Assembly (NCBI RefSeq): GCF_009914755.1
Contig: NC_060942.1
Strand: one strand, 5' to 3'
Source: the human T2T-CHM13v2.0 reference genome, Homo sapiens
Length of the DNA: 64,000 bases
The translations under genes and the position numbers were made by a program. The notes beneath the pieces are model-generated. The model worked only from the letters and a program-made list of their open reading frames with translations. It had not been told where the DNA came from and searched no databases. This document shows positions 1-12,708 of this stretch, piece by piece. The stretch's first letter is position 1; every line of letters starts with the position of its first letter.

Positions 1-205
1 GTGAAACCCCATCTCCACTAAAAATATGAAAATTAGCCAGGCATGGTGGCAGGTGCCTGTAAATCCCAGCTACTTGGGAGGCTAAGGCAGGAAAATCCCT
101 TGAACCTGGGAGGCAGAGGTTTCAGTGATCTGAGATTGTGGCACTGCACTCCAGCCTGGACAATAGAGTGAGTCTCTGTCAAAAAAAAAAAAAAAAAAAA
201 AAAAA
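1..205 (+). mobile_element. Alu (AluS-like), cut by the window start
   Basis: gtgaaaccccatctccactaaaaat...gcactccagcctgga...A25 tail. Confidence 0.95.
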
Positions 206-1049
206 TCAACTTAACTTAGCATTTGAGCCATTCGTTGTTTGTTGTAGCACTGTGGTAGGGACTTCATGTGGAAAATGTTGGCCTTACACTAAAAGGACTC
301 ACAAGACTCTAGTTACAGGTTTCTTCTGAATGTACCTTAGCATGTAATAATCAATGTGACAGGCTTGCCCTTCCTTGTCAGCTAGTCAGTGTCAGTTTGT
401 GCAGCTCTTAGCATTCCTCTCTCCAGGAGCCCCTCTTAAAATGTGCTGCTTCTACTTTATCATCAAGTAGAAAGCAACATACTAGGCTCAGTGGATTCAC
501 ATGTAAGGTATATTAAATAGGCTTTTAACCAGGATCGGAGTGTATAAGGAACATTACATGAAATAAAGTTATGTCATCTATTTTGTCTCTTCACATGTAA
601 CTTTTAAAACATTTCTTCTTTCTTGTCTACGTTCTGAAGAATTGAGAATATATAATCACCCTCGTTGTATATCATGGTATAATTATGTAGACAAGTATTG
701 GAGGTCCAGAAAAGTTAAGGAATTAATCTAAGGATGCACAATTACTGTTCGTCCAGAGAGAAGTCAAATCCATTAGGTAAGTACTATGCTATTTCTTGAG
801 AAGTGACGGGTCCCAAGGATTAAGATGATGGCTCTCCAGAAACTTGTAAGTATATTGGAGAGGCCAGATGATTCCTCACAGGCTTCATGGCTTCAAGTTC
901 CAGTGAAACTGGCCTCTCCAAAGAAGCTGCAGTCAGCCGGTGGACACATAATTCTAATTAAATACTGTGCACTATGTTTCATGTTGATTACGTAAAAGCC
1001 TCTTTGAGGAAGTACAGTACAAATTGCATTATCCCTTTCATTTCAAACA

Positions 1050-1705
1050 CTACCAGGTCATTTCCTCAGATTATGGATTATCATCTGCATATCCATTGCC
1101 ACCAGAATCTTTATTGCCTATATTCTCTTCCCTTAACTTTCCCAATCTCTCTCCTTTTCATTCATTTCCAAGCTCATGCCTTTTGCTTTTTGCCAGCCAC
1201 TGAGAAATTGTGCTATGTTCTCAACCTCGTAAGCTCATTTTCTTGCTCTAATATGAAGACACTGCCTCTCTTAGAGCTTCCAGTCTCCACATCATTGTGG
1301 AAGATGAATCTAGCCCTCTTTATCGTCCGACTCCTCATGACCCAGATTTGTTTCTTTTACCACACTTTACCCGCATTTTCCCAAAAGTTTATGCATGGGC
1401 TTGTCATTTCTAGAAACTATTTTTTCAAACCTGCTGTCCTACTAGCATATTTACTATGTCTATCTATACCAGTAATTATTCAATGTCAAGGCTCCCAGTC
1501 CATTGACTCGAACTTGGTTTCTCTAACCATCACTCCATTCATATACTCACTTTCTTCACTCTCTGCCTTATATTTCATGCTGCACCATGAAAGTCACTCA
1601 CTAGCCAATGCCCTTATCTCTGTTTTCCCACCTCCTCCACAATGTACATGTTGAGCTATGTCCTGACACTGGTTAAGTCTAAATATTTGCATATTTACTT
1701 AATGC
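1050..1705 (+). mobile_element. Decayed L2 LINE 3' region
   Basis: Pyrimidine-rich L2-like text ending tgtcctgacactgg...aaatatttg, resembling the L2 3' terminus; boundaries approximate. Confidence 0.5.
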
Positions 1706-2277
1706 CTACCCAGCTGAACATCTGAAGACAATTATCTAAGAGTATAGGAGGTGGAAAAGTTCTTATCACAGGTAAGCAGTCATGGGGTTCTTCAGAGGAA
1801 GGAATTAGGGTGTGCACTTATAGTATTGAAGTAATAGATGGCGATTCATGAAAGGAAAGCAACAATATCTCAGAGAAGATAAAGCAATGAGCTGAGCAAT
1901 GTTGGTTGTCACTAGAAAAGTCTGTACAACATGGAGGAATCATTAAGTTTAGAGAATACCATAGAACTCAATTAACTGAAGCTTTCACTTTTTTGTATCA
2001 CTGTCCTATATCTTAGACAATATAGAAATGTTTGGCTACTGTGCATAATGAAATAATCAAAAACCCTCTGAAAAAACCTGTGCAATTGATATAATACCAC
2101 TAGGGCCAGTCCCCAGGTTTTGGAAATCTAGAATCATAGAAATATTTACAAATCAATAGATTTGCACAGGTGTATCCAGTCTTTTTCCTTAAACATAACT
2201 ACTATCCCTTTAGCTTGAAATGTATCAAGATGATATATGTTTTTATTAACAAATGACCTTATGCAGCTTTAAAAATT

Positions 2278-2930
2278 GTAACTAAGGCAATGTTTGTCCA
2301 AGATGTGTATGGAAGGAAACCTTTGGGACAACTCAGCCCCTGAATCAGTGCTTTGTAAAGACTTACAGGGTCTATGCCCATATTCTTGTTATAGACATAT
2401 AATCCTATACAAAATCAACACTCAAGACATTACATGCAAGGAGACCATAACAGCAAGTATCAGAATGCTGGAAAAAAGTTTCAATAAGGAATAATACAAA
2501 TATGTTCAGGTAATAATAGCAACAACCAAAATTCAAGGGACTTTATTCCTGGAAAATCCCACAAAATAAAATAAGCCAAAAAATGAAGAGACCAAACTCA
2601 ATTCAGCAAGAAATTACCAGCAATGCCAGCCAGGGTGGCACACTGAAATGACAGAGACAAATGGCATCTCAGGTATCCACCGCCAGTGTGGAATAAAGGA
2701 TCCCAGTCTGGGACTGGAGGTCTCATCTCTGCGGAAAGTGCACTTCTGTCAATACCCCTTTGCATCAAGGGAACCACACAACACAAAAAGCATCTCAGTA
2801 AAAGTGTGTTAGAAAATACGTATTTTGGATATGGGCTTATGACACAAGCTTTTGGGAAGAGTTTATATATTTGGTAGGGATCGAATTGTCTTCAGGAAAC
2901 TATAGTAATGCTATGATTGGGCACATTAAT
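2278..2930. mobile_element. Possible ancient LTR remnant, family unassigned
   Basis: Starts tgtaac, has a minus-strand AATAAA in an LTR-like context (gggactttatt) and is less AT-rich than its flanks; weak. Confidence 0.25.
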
Positions 2931-3420
2931 AAATTTGAGAGAGCGAGAGAGAAGAAATAATTTAATGAATCAAGCTAACATAAATACTGTTATAAATTTA
3001 TATAAATATAAATATTGGCAATAAATTTAAATTTATTAAATGTATTTCAATTTATCACAGAACATTCTGGCAACAAAAGCAAAAGGGAAAAATGGGTTAA
3101 ATAAATTTGAAAAGGACTTATTTCTGGTACCAATTCTAAATCTAGTTCAAGGACCACTTTTATCAAAGATATATAAGAATATTACAGACTATTTCATCAA
3201 CAAACCAAATAAAGAAAATGTTTCTAATACGTTCATAGTACTTTATAATTGAATGTGCAATAAAATGTCAATGGAGCTTATTAATTAAAACTCAGGAGAG
3301 TCGTTTATTTAAGTGGGGGAGGCAAAGAAAAAGAAACCTTCCAGGTGATTCTAACACATGCTCAATTTTGAGAGCTTCTACTCCAGAACTTATGTTCTGA
3401 GCAATTGGAATACAAGGAAT

Positions 3421-3972
3421 TCTTTTCTTTTATTTTTAGTTCAGAGGTACAAGTGCAGGTTTGCTATATAGGTAAACTGGTGTCATGGAGGTTTGTTGTA
3501 CAGATTATTTCATTACCCTGGTATTAAGCCTACTACCCATTAGTTACTCTTCCTTAACTTCTCCATCGTCCCACCCTCCACCCTCCAAAAGGACCAAGTG
3601 TGTTGTTCCCCTCTATGTGTCCATGTGTTCTCATGATTTAGCTCCCACTTATAAGCGAAAACATGCTGAATTTGGTTTTCTGTTCCTGTGTTAGTTGTCT
3701 AGGAATAATGGCCTCCAGCTCCATCCATGTCCCTGCAAAAGACAAGATCCTGTGCTTTTTTATGCCTGCATGATATTCCATGGTGTATAGGCACCACATT
3801 TTCTTTATCCAGTCTACCATTGATAGGCATTTAGGTGGATTCCATGTCTTTGCTATTGTGAATAGGGCTGCAATGAACATATGCTTGCATGTGTCTTCAT
3901 AATAGAATGATTTATATTCCTTTGGGTACATACCCAGTAATGGAACTGCTGGGTCGAATGATATTTTTGTCT
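3421..3972 (-). mobile_element. L1PA (older, L1PA13-16-like) 3' end: ORF2 C-terminus plus 3'UTR
   Basis: Minus ORF 3638-4042 contains FDPAVPLLGMYPKEYKSFYYEDTCKHMFIAALFTIAKTWNPPKC...WIKKMW (L1 ORF2p C-terminus); 3'UTR gtttgttgtacagattatttcat; T-rich tail at left. Confidence 0.93.
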
Positions 3973-6149
3973 TTAGAGTAAAGAGAGGGGTATGGTTGGA
4001 AGTTTCCAAGGTCAATGGAAGATAATTGATACAATTCCTCACCTCCTACCCTGGCCCCCAATATTAAATATTTTATATTTTAGACTATAGGTATAAACAA
4101 CCTAACAAACTTTTTCACCATAAGCCATGAATGCAGTCAACATGGATGTCAGCATTCAGCTTTATTTTGTTACATTGAAAACATATTACCAAACACCCTT
4201 TCCCAATTACATTATGCTGAATGAAAGGTAAAGCTTCCAAAAACATTTCAATACCTTTTAGTTTTAACCCTATCACAATAGTATACAAATATCAAAGTAG
4301 ATCCATTTATAGTTGAGTAAAAACTAGACTCTTCAGGCCCATTGAGTATTTCTTGTATACCTGTGAATACAGCCACACAGCTAGCTAACTAAACAATTTA
4401 CAATACCCAAGTTTTTGTATTTTTCACAAGTAATATAAACTTCAATAATGGTATAGTATATACTACATAACTTTCATGTATCTTACTCAAATCTGACAAT
4501 ATTTTAAATAAAATTAAATTGTTCACATTTTTAATTAGGCATTTATATATACATAATGTCAAAATATTATGTATTTGTTTTATATTTTAATTTTAGGAAG
4601 TAATTAGATGTTAATATGTCAATAACGGGAACTGTTAAATCTCCTTGGATATGGAGACTGCAAAAACCATCGCAAAACCAGCACATTTTCCATTTATAAT
4701 CTTGTCAGTGAGGTAATAAATATATATTTTTAAGTTTTAAATCACATTTTCAGGTAGAAAACCTGTGATAAGGCTAAGCTATTACTTGGAGGTAAGGAAT
4801 CAGATTGACTCACTTGGTAATTTCTGTATACACCAATCCAGTGAAAGTGCACAGGCTCCATTCACAGCTAGGATGAGTCTCTGTTCCAACTAATATAAAA
4901 TCTACAGACATTTAAATGTCTGTCTACCACATGGTGGGAACTTATAAACAGAGAAAACTGTCTGACCAAAAGCCATAGGCTTGTATGGTAAGTGGCAGAT
5001 AGCAAAGCCTTTGAGTTAATCTTTAAATTAGAACAGTCCAAATACTGGCTTGCATAGCTAAAAATAAGTAAAAAACAATAAAAATATGGAAGTTATTAAC
5101 AAGACCTTTTGTAAAATATTTTAATCATAAAGCTACCAGGTCAGTGAAAGGACTGAACAATCCATTAGGAATAAAATTGCTATTGTGCTGACATAATTAT
5201 AAAAAGCACATAAATTCTCAACCTTAAAATATGAAACTCATCTCATATTTGTCAAGTTCTAATAAAAGAATGGATATATTAATACAAATCTATGATGCAA
5301 AGTGTCTGACACAGTGAAAATGCATTTGTTGTAAATTCTCAACCTATTTTAATATCACTTATAAGCAATTGTATTCACTTGAACATTAAAATATTTTAGA
5401 AACAGATTTTTTAACTAAAATATCTGAAACATTGTGTTGTGCTACTTTATGAAGGCTTTTACTTTTGGGGGTTGTTTTATATAATAATCATGATATTTTT
5501 GATATTCAAGTTCTAAGAAAAAATATTAATACCTGTGTGTAAGCCAAAGCTTCTAAAATTGTTATCTCTTCATAAGGATTTGAAACACTATAGTTCTTAT
5601 ATTTTAAAAAAAAACGAACAATTGGCCTAGTTAGCAATTTTTGAACTTTTATGTATGTAGATAGCTCTTGAAAAGGTTGGTATTATTTGCGCCATTTCAT
5701 TTATTTATTGAATATTCTCCCCAGTAACTCAAGTGACATGATTACATATTACAATGTAAATAAAGTCCTTCTTTAAAAGTCTCTTAATTCCTTTGGAAAA
5801 CTTATCATTTAATACAGAGAGAAGAAGTTTAAATGCTAAATATTTTTTATTAAAGTATGTAACAGTTTGAAAAGATACTCCTGAAGAAACTTATAAAATA
5901 AATATACATTTTCTAACAAGATTAAGGGAAAGATTTGGGAAATATCAAGATTATAATTAATATTGTGACATACTATTATTTATCATATATAACTGGGCAC
6001 CAGTTTACGAAATCATAATTCTCAGGGGCGTACTTAAGAGATCTTCTTGGTTATCTCTCAATTAAGGATTCATCGAACTTGTTCAAGACATGAGAAAATA
6101 TCCTTCTTCTAAATAACTTTGTAGGAGTTTTCATTATTTCCTAGGAAAA

Positions 6150-6541
6150 TCTTAGTCCTCTATTAACCACCTACACTCACAAATTCAACCAGCCATGTAT
6201 TGAAAATATTCAGAAAAGAAAAAGAAATAACAATACGACAATACAAATTTTATGAATAAAAACTAGAGTGTAACAACTATTTACATGGCATTTAGATTGT
6301 ATTTTGTATTATAAGAACTATATAGATGATTTAAAGTATATGAGATGTGTGTTAGTTATACATAAATATTACCACATTTTATATAAGGGACTTGAGCACC
6401 TGCGGATCAGTATCTGTGGGGTTCTTGGGGTTATTGCATACAGTGAAATGGACTCTCTGCAGACACTTACTTCAATGTGAGAGGATGCTGAAACCCCTTG
6501 AAGTAACACAATAATCCCCCTCAGATACAAAGGGATGACTA
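6150..6541 (-). mobile_element. MER2/MER2B (TcMar-Tigger) interrupted by an 84-bp insertion
   Basis: taacaactatttacat...gatgatttaaagtata...ttttatataagggacttgagca...aatccccc..gatac..agggatgact matches MER2 reverse complement. Confidence 0.85.
6433..6516. repeat. Inverted repeat arm 1 (84 bp), partner 7448-7531
   Basis: Reverse complement of 7448-7531 with 4 mismatches by manual alignment. Confidence 0.97.
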
Positions 6542-6614
6542 TATACTGTTTTATTTCATACTCGGATAACAGTTGGTTACATAATGTGTGTTGTTCTGTT
6601 TGTTCAATCTGCCC

Positions 6615-6616
<2 letters not shown>

Positions 6617-6661
<45 letters not shown>
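6617..6661. repeat. (TG)n microsatellite
   Basis: About 22 perfect TG units. Confidence 0.99.
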
Positions 6662-6664
<3 letters not shown>

Positions 6665-7447
6665 AGCCCCTCGCCAAGACAGTCCTTAGAAAATGAAGAG
6701 CTATCTGTCTCCCATGCTTGTGTATAAGGTGAAGGTGCAGTGCGTGGCCAGAAATACACAAAGTGATGGTTCTTGATCAAGGTAATTAAATGCATACATT
6801 CTGGTGATAATGAGAAATAATTAACAATGACTGTATAGACAAAAGAGAGAAAGAAGTGAGGGAAACAGATTGTTTATGCAAATAAAAGAGCGTGACTGCA
6901 CAGTTAGGAATTTAGAAGGTAGTTTAACAGACCAAAAAGACTGGACTACCCACTTGTGTCTGAAAGATGTAAATCAATAACCAATGAGAAATTCAGATTT
7001 TGCTGGAAGGGAACTTAAACCTTCAGTTCATTCAGTGGTGTACTAGGAAGCTAGGCCACACTAAATAAATAATAAATTCACCCATGTTCTACATGCCCCG
7101 TGGAAAAGTCCGTAAAAAAACCTGGTTTATAACATTTCACAGTGAATTTACGCAGCAATCTCCAATATCTATAGGAATTTAGCACAGTGCCTGATATATG
7201 GCAGGCAATTAATATGCATTTATGAACTGGAAATAGAATCAGTGAACAGCTGTGTGTTTCCATCTTAGATTAAGATACTAACATAAATCAAAGTAATTTT
7301 TTAATATAAAAATTAGTATGGAATTTCTAAATATTCTCTTTCTGGTATTTTGTTTTAAAATCGCTATTTCGGCTAAAAGAAAAGACTGAATTTGTAAGCC
7401 TATGTATCATAGTCAATATGGAAAAGGCCCAGTGTATGACATATTAT

Positions 7448-7531
7448 GATTATTGTGTTAATTCAAGGGGTTTCAGCATCCTCTCACATTGAAGTAAGTG
7501 TCTGCAGAGAGTCTATCTCTCTGTATGCAAT
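7448..7531. repeat. Inverted repeat arm 2 (84 bp), partner 6433-6516
   Basis: gattattgtgttaattcaaggggtttcagcatcctctcacattgaagtaagtgtctgcagagagtc...tatgcaat. Confidence 0.97.
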
Positions 7532-8159
7532 CATAATGACAGCAACAAATAAATAAATACAAATTTAAAAGCCCCCAAACACTCTTCTTTCTTAATATCC
7601 TGTAAAGACCCACTAGATTTAAATTAACATTTCTCTTTACTTTTCATGAAGCAACCTTATGTTGTTAAAAGCTTTTTAAAAGCAAGATAAAATAAAATAA
7701 AACAAACTGACATACACTATTACAATCTAATATGTCATTCCAAAGTGCCCTTGAGATAAACTGTAATAGAAATGCACATATACAAATAACAGCAGATGAA
7801 ATTACTATGCCATTTGAAAAATAATTTTATTTTTAAGATATATAGGAACCATATTTCCAGCTTAAATTTGTTAAGAGTCAGGCAAAGAGAAGAAACATGA
7901 GTTAAATTAAATTACTTTAAAAATACCATATGATCACCCATTGCTTTGGTAATTTTCTCACCATTTAATTTATTTCACAACAAAATAAAATTACTTTTTA
8001 TATATGGAGCATTGACAGTTCAATTAATGATAATTTTGTTATATATATATTTTATATATCTATATATATACAAAATTCACAATGTTGTATTGATGTGGCA
8101 TTACAGTATTTTCCTTAAAATAATATGTAACCCCTACATCAATTCTTGATAAGAATGAA

Positions 8160-8320
8160 ACATATCTCATTTAATAATCACAGGAGCTTATTGGAAAGGA
8201 GTCAGAATCCTCATTTTACCTTTGCAGATATTTAGATTTACACAATTTATTAAATTTTCACAAGATCCCACAGCTGACAAATAGCGGCAGCGATAATTCA
8301 AATCACAATCACTCTAATAC
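8160..8320 (-). mobile_element. MIR
   Basis: atctcatttaat..tcaca...cctcattttac...caagatcccacagct...attcaaatc resembles the MIR core reverse complement. Confidence 0.6.
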
Positions 8321-9919
8321 TATGTGCTTTGCCTCCAGAACCTGGTGTGGAGACAGGGTTTGCTTTTCTGGACCTGGGCATGAAGGTTTTAAGGCTCTTC
8401 ATTGGAGAATAGTACAACTAGTGCCATAGTTTAGGCTAGGATTTCAGTTCACGTTTCCCTTTTCTTACTGGCTGAGACCACCTCCCCTGCTCTTGTACTG
8501 CTAAAAGAATTCTGTTTTCATCTACCATGGTGAATATCTGCCTCACTATCCTCCTGAGCCAGTTACTACTTACTGGAATTACTGCTCTTCATTTCAGTCT
8601 CCTAGGGATGTGTCTTTTCTAAAAGATTAGCTATCAAATAATTGTAATATATATGGTCTCTTAACCCAAAGCCAGGGAAACTTTGGTATATAACCCTGCT
8701 TTATGTCTTGCAGCACTTTTTCCCCCTGAAATACAATGATTTCAATAAATGTGAAATATTAATTGAATGCTTTGCTGTTCCGAGCAGATTATTTCTGGTA
8801 ATCCAGAGTGTTTATGGTGAAATCCATCCAGATGAGTTGTAGCTGCACCTAGGGGATGCACTTGGCCTGTGTGCTGTACTAAATGTGGTGAGGAATGGAG
8901 GTAGCAGCTTTTCTACATTTAATTGTTACATGCCCATCTCAACCTGGTCTCCTGAAGTGGGGTGAAGCTTTGCCTGAGAGGTCACAAAACCTTATGCCGT
9001 AACTGCTCTTAGTTGTATATTGTGTTCTGTGCTTTCTCTATTTTGAAACTAAGTAAATGAATATTGGGAACAGTAATTTTTTTGAGTGATTTTTGTCAGT
9101 TCCAAACATAGCATTGTTACTGAGTCAGTTCCATGCTGCACAAAATTATGTATGCTATTTTTTACCAGCATTTTTATTTTATAAATTTCACTGTTATAGT
9201 TTGTGTTGTTTGTAGCCATTGTTTTGCTTTCATAACTAACCATAATTCACATCAGCTTATCCATGTTTTTAGAAACAAAAGCATATTTACTAGCTCTCAA
9301 ATATAACCATTCCTAAAGTAGAACGGAATAAATTCAGTTCCAAAATATGATATTGAAAAAAAAAACTTACTAAATTTAACTAATTTATTATAATAATTTT
9401 AATTACCATTTTTGAGTCTGCTGATTTAACTAGCTAACTGATTTGTAAAATGTGGCATCATGAGCAAATGTATTACCAATTCTAATTCTCAAGGAAAGCA
9501 TACTCTTATTTGACTTTTTACAAACAAATAATGATATTGGTGTTTAAGTTAATGTGATCCATGTTTATTTTAAAATACTATGTACCCTAGATAAAAGAGC
9601 AAACAGAATACGTTTTTAAAAGGTCACTCAGCATTCCTCTATCCAGACACAAAATGCACATTTGATGAACATTACACCAGACATTTATCAACTAAAATAT
9701 ACAGATAGAAGATATAACAATAAATGGAAAGATATGCAGATTGATCCACAGATACATAGATAGCTGTACAGGATTTGAATAATGTCAAATATAATTGCAA
9801 TACTATTTTAATTTTAAAGATATGCAAGATAATATTAAAAACAGAAATAAAGCCAAGAATGATTATAATTACATAGTTTTTGATAAATATTCTTTTTTTA
9901 AAAAAGTTCTTAAAAGGTT

Positions 9920-10058
9920 CCTCAAATTAGCTTGCAATCTAGCAGCCCACACACTTGTTTTCTTTGTTGTAAAATGATTGTTTTAAAAACCAGAAAATTT
10001 CACTTAAATATGCTGGTTTCTGTTTCTCTTAAAAGAACATGAAGCTCTGGTTAACACA
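9920..10058. mobile_element. MER113-like hAT fragment
   Basis: gaaaatttcacttaaatatgctggtttctgtttctcttaaaag...gaagctctggttaacac. Confidence 0.4.
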
Positions 10059-10867
10059 AACTTACATTTGATATTACTAATAGACTGAGACTTCACCTTC
10101 AGGGTTTCAGTCTTTTTTTTAAATATGCAAAACACTAATTCCTCAGTTTTCTTATCATTTGCCCTAAATAATTACTTAGCATATGAAATAATACTTTAAA
10201 AACAAACAGAACAAAATTCCTTTTTGGATTTTAGGTAACGCCTTTGACTTCGTGATAGGATGTATACATAAACATACACTGATATTCAGGATTGATAAAC
10301 ACCTGGTACACACAGCGATAAAATGACATTCTGGTTGTTTCAGGCAGTATCTGTTGAGGTTGACTGGTGCTTCCTCTCCCAAAGACTGGCACTTTTGCCG
10401 TTAGTGTTAAACATGTTAAATATCACTCTTGCTAAGCTACCCTTCCTGCCTTCCTCCGTCTGCCAACTTAAATGAATTTTTATTGCAATTATCATTTATC
10501 TGTATTTCTACATTTAAATAGATTTAAACTCGGGCATGTTCTGTTGAAAGAAAAGTTGGGGGTGGAATAATTTTTGGCATTGGGAAAAGTATCTGCAAAG
10601 ATCTCCATATCTGTCACAAAAAGAGAGAGATGCATGGCAAAAAAAATGATATTGGAAAGATAGACAAAGTCCTTATCTTGGAAATATTTTTAAGCTATGA
10701 AAGCTAGTTTCATTTATTTTTAAAAAAAGTAAGGTAAAACATTGAAAAGATTAGTGGAGAAGATTTGTTGCTTTTTTTTTTCTTTTATTAAAAAGATAGC
10801 GTTAACACTGAACTAATTGCTAGCTAGCTGAAAGAGATGATATTATGCCGTGGCACTAGGTTTATCC

Positions 10868-11242
10868 TGATGAGGTTTGGCTATGTCTGCACCCAAATCT
10901 TATCTTGAATTGTAGTTCCCATAATCCCCAAGTGTCATGGGAGGGACTTGGTAGGAAATAATTGAATCATGGGGGCAGCTACCTCCATGTTGTTCTCGTG
11001 ATAGTTAGTGAGTTCTAACAAGATCTGATGGTTTTATAAGGGACTTTTCTCCTTTTGTTCTGCATTTCTCCTACCTGCCACTATGTGAAGAAGGACATGC
11101 TTGCATCTTCTTCCACCTTGATTTTAATTTTCCTGAGGCCTCCCAAGCCATGCAGAACTGTGAGTCAATCAAACCTCTTTTCTTTATAAGTTACTCAGTC
11201 TCAGGTATGTCTTTATTAGCAGTGTGAGAACAGACTAATACA
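10868..11242 (+). mobile_element. THE1D-like solo LTR (ERVL-MaLR)
   Basis: tgatgaggtttggct...cccaaatcttatcttgaattgtagttcccataatcccc...gaactgtgagtcaat...cagactaataca; TG...CA ends. Confidence 0.93.
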
Positions 11243-11361
11243 ATCTACATGATTAAGTTCCTGACAGTGAATTGTAATATTTTTGTGAATATATTTGCAA
11301 GTATTTCAATCTCTTTTAAGGTAGAGAAAGTTTCTTCTTTGACCCAAATACCTTAATGTTA

Positions 11362-11713
11362 TGTGTAAGTTTGTTTCCAAACTGCTGATAAAGACATACC
11401 CCAAACTGGGCAATTTACAAACGAAAGAAGTTTAACTGGACTTACAGTTCCACGTGGCTGGGGAAGTCTCACAATCATGGTAGAAGGCAAGGAGGAGTGA
11501 GATATGTCTTACATGGATGGCAGCAAGCAAAAAGAGAGCTTGGGCAGGAAAAACTCCCTCTTATGACAACAGTCAGATCTTGTGAGACTTACTATCACCA
11601 GAACAGCACGGGAAAGATCTGGCCCCATGATTCAATTACCTCCCACTGGGTCCCTCCCACAACACGTGGGAATTCAAGATGAGATTTGGGTGAGACACAG
11701 CCAAACCATATTA
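11362..11713 (-). mobile_element. THE1B-like solo LTR
   Basis: ctgctgataaagacatacc...cacaatcatggtagaaggcaaggaggag...gatgagatttgggt..gacacagccaaaccatatta; near-TSD tgtta/tgttt. Confidence 0.93.
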
Positions 11714-11894
11714 TGTTTGCTAGATGGAATAACTGTGCAAAGAGTTTAGGCAACCATCTTAGACCAGAAGAATCAAAGTGTTGGGCTCAGTGGAAGCATT
11801 AGAAATGGGGTCCCTATCAACTTTGTGGCACTTACACACCAGCGATGAACTTCCTACCTTTATAATTCTTTATTATGTGAGAGATATATTCCAG

Positions 11895-12115
11895 ATTTAG
11901 GTATATCTTGTAGAATATTATATATGTATGTATTTATATTATATATTATATACATATATTTATTATATATAACTTATTTTATATATATAAAATATTCAAC
12001 AAGATATACTTAAATATATGTATTTATAAAATTTTTATTGCAATTACCATTTATCTGTATATATACACATTTATAGGTATATATATGGAGACACACACAC
12101 ACATACACACATATA
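11895..12115. repeat. TA-rich tract with hairpin and (CA)n
   Basis: Low-complexity TA tract bracketed by ~35-bp inverted arms. Confidence 0.85.
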
Positions 12116-12295
12116 TGTTATCAGTAACAATCTTAAGAACATAGATTTGTCCAGTTTCATCAAACATTCAGTTCACTTCCAGTGGAAGTACTGGTGAGTA
12201 AGGAAGGTAAGATAGAAATAAAGTGAAAAAGAAAAACAAGCTACATATGGATGGAGACAAGGAGAAAAGGAAACATTGTGCAAATATTTAAACAA
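12116..12295 (+). repeat. Diverged direct repeat, copy A (~180 bp), partner 14045-14224
   Basis: Colinear with 14045-14224; about 82% identity over the first ~140 bp by manual count. Confidence 0.93.
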
Positions 12296-12540
12296 TGCAA
12301 TAAAATGATCATTAGATATTGAATAGGGAGAAGGACTTAGGGAGATGGAGGAATTGATGTTGACTCTTCTGTTAGTGTCTTGATTAATAAGTAGGACAGA
12401 GTATCATTATTTGAAAAAACAAAAGAAAAACGAGAAAAATGAAGAGATTGGGGAAAATATCATTAGATATTATTAGTTGCATTTAGAGCATATTAGTCTT
12501 GAGAGATCTGTGAGCAATTTTTAGGAATTTACTGGCAGGT

Positions 12541-12708
12541 AATATTATATCATATATATTATTATATAGTACATAACTATATAAATTAAGTATTATCATA
12601 TAATATATAAATATTCATATATATTATATATAATTATATAATATAAATTATATATAATTAAATTTATAAATATATATTTTTATGTTTATATCATATATAT
12701 ATACACAC
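12541..12708. repeat. TA-rich low-complexity tract
   Basis: Almost entirely A/T with (TA)n and (TATAA)n units. Confidence 0.9.

Noticed and set aside
974-1654. Longest ORF (226 aa, +)
   Set aside because: L/S/F/I-rich composition typical of pyrimidine-rich non-coding DNA, overlaps a decayed L2, no recognisable domain or gene context
3638-4042. 134-aa ORF with real protein similarity
   Set aside because: It is the L1 ORF2p C-terminus of a 5'-truncated L1PA, not a host gene
6869-6883. attgtttatgcaaat resembling a SOX-OCT composite site
   Set aside because: Spacing is one base off the canonical composite, and isolated octamers are expected by chance in 64 kb of AT-rich DNA
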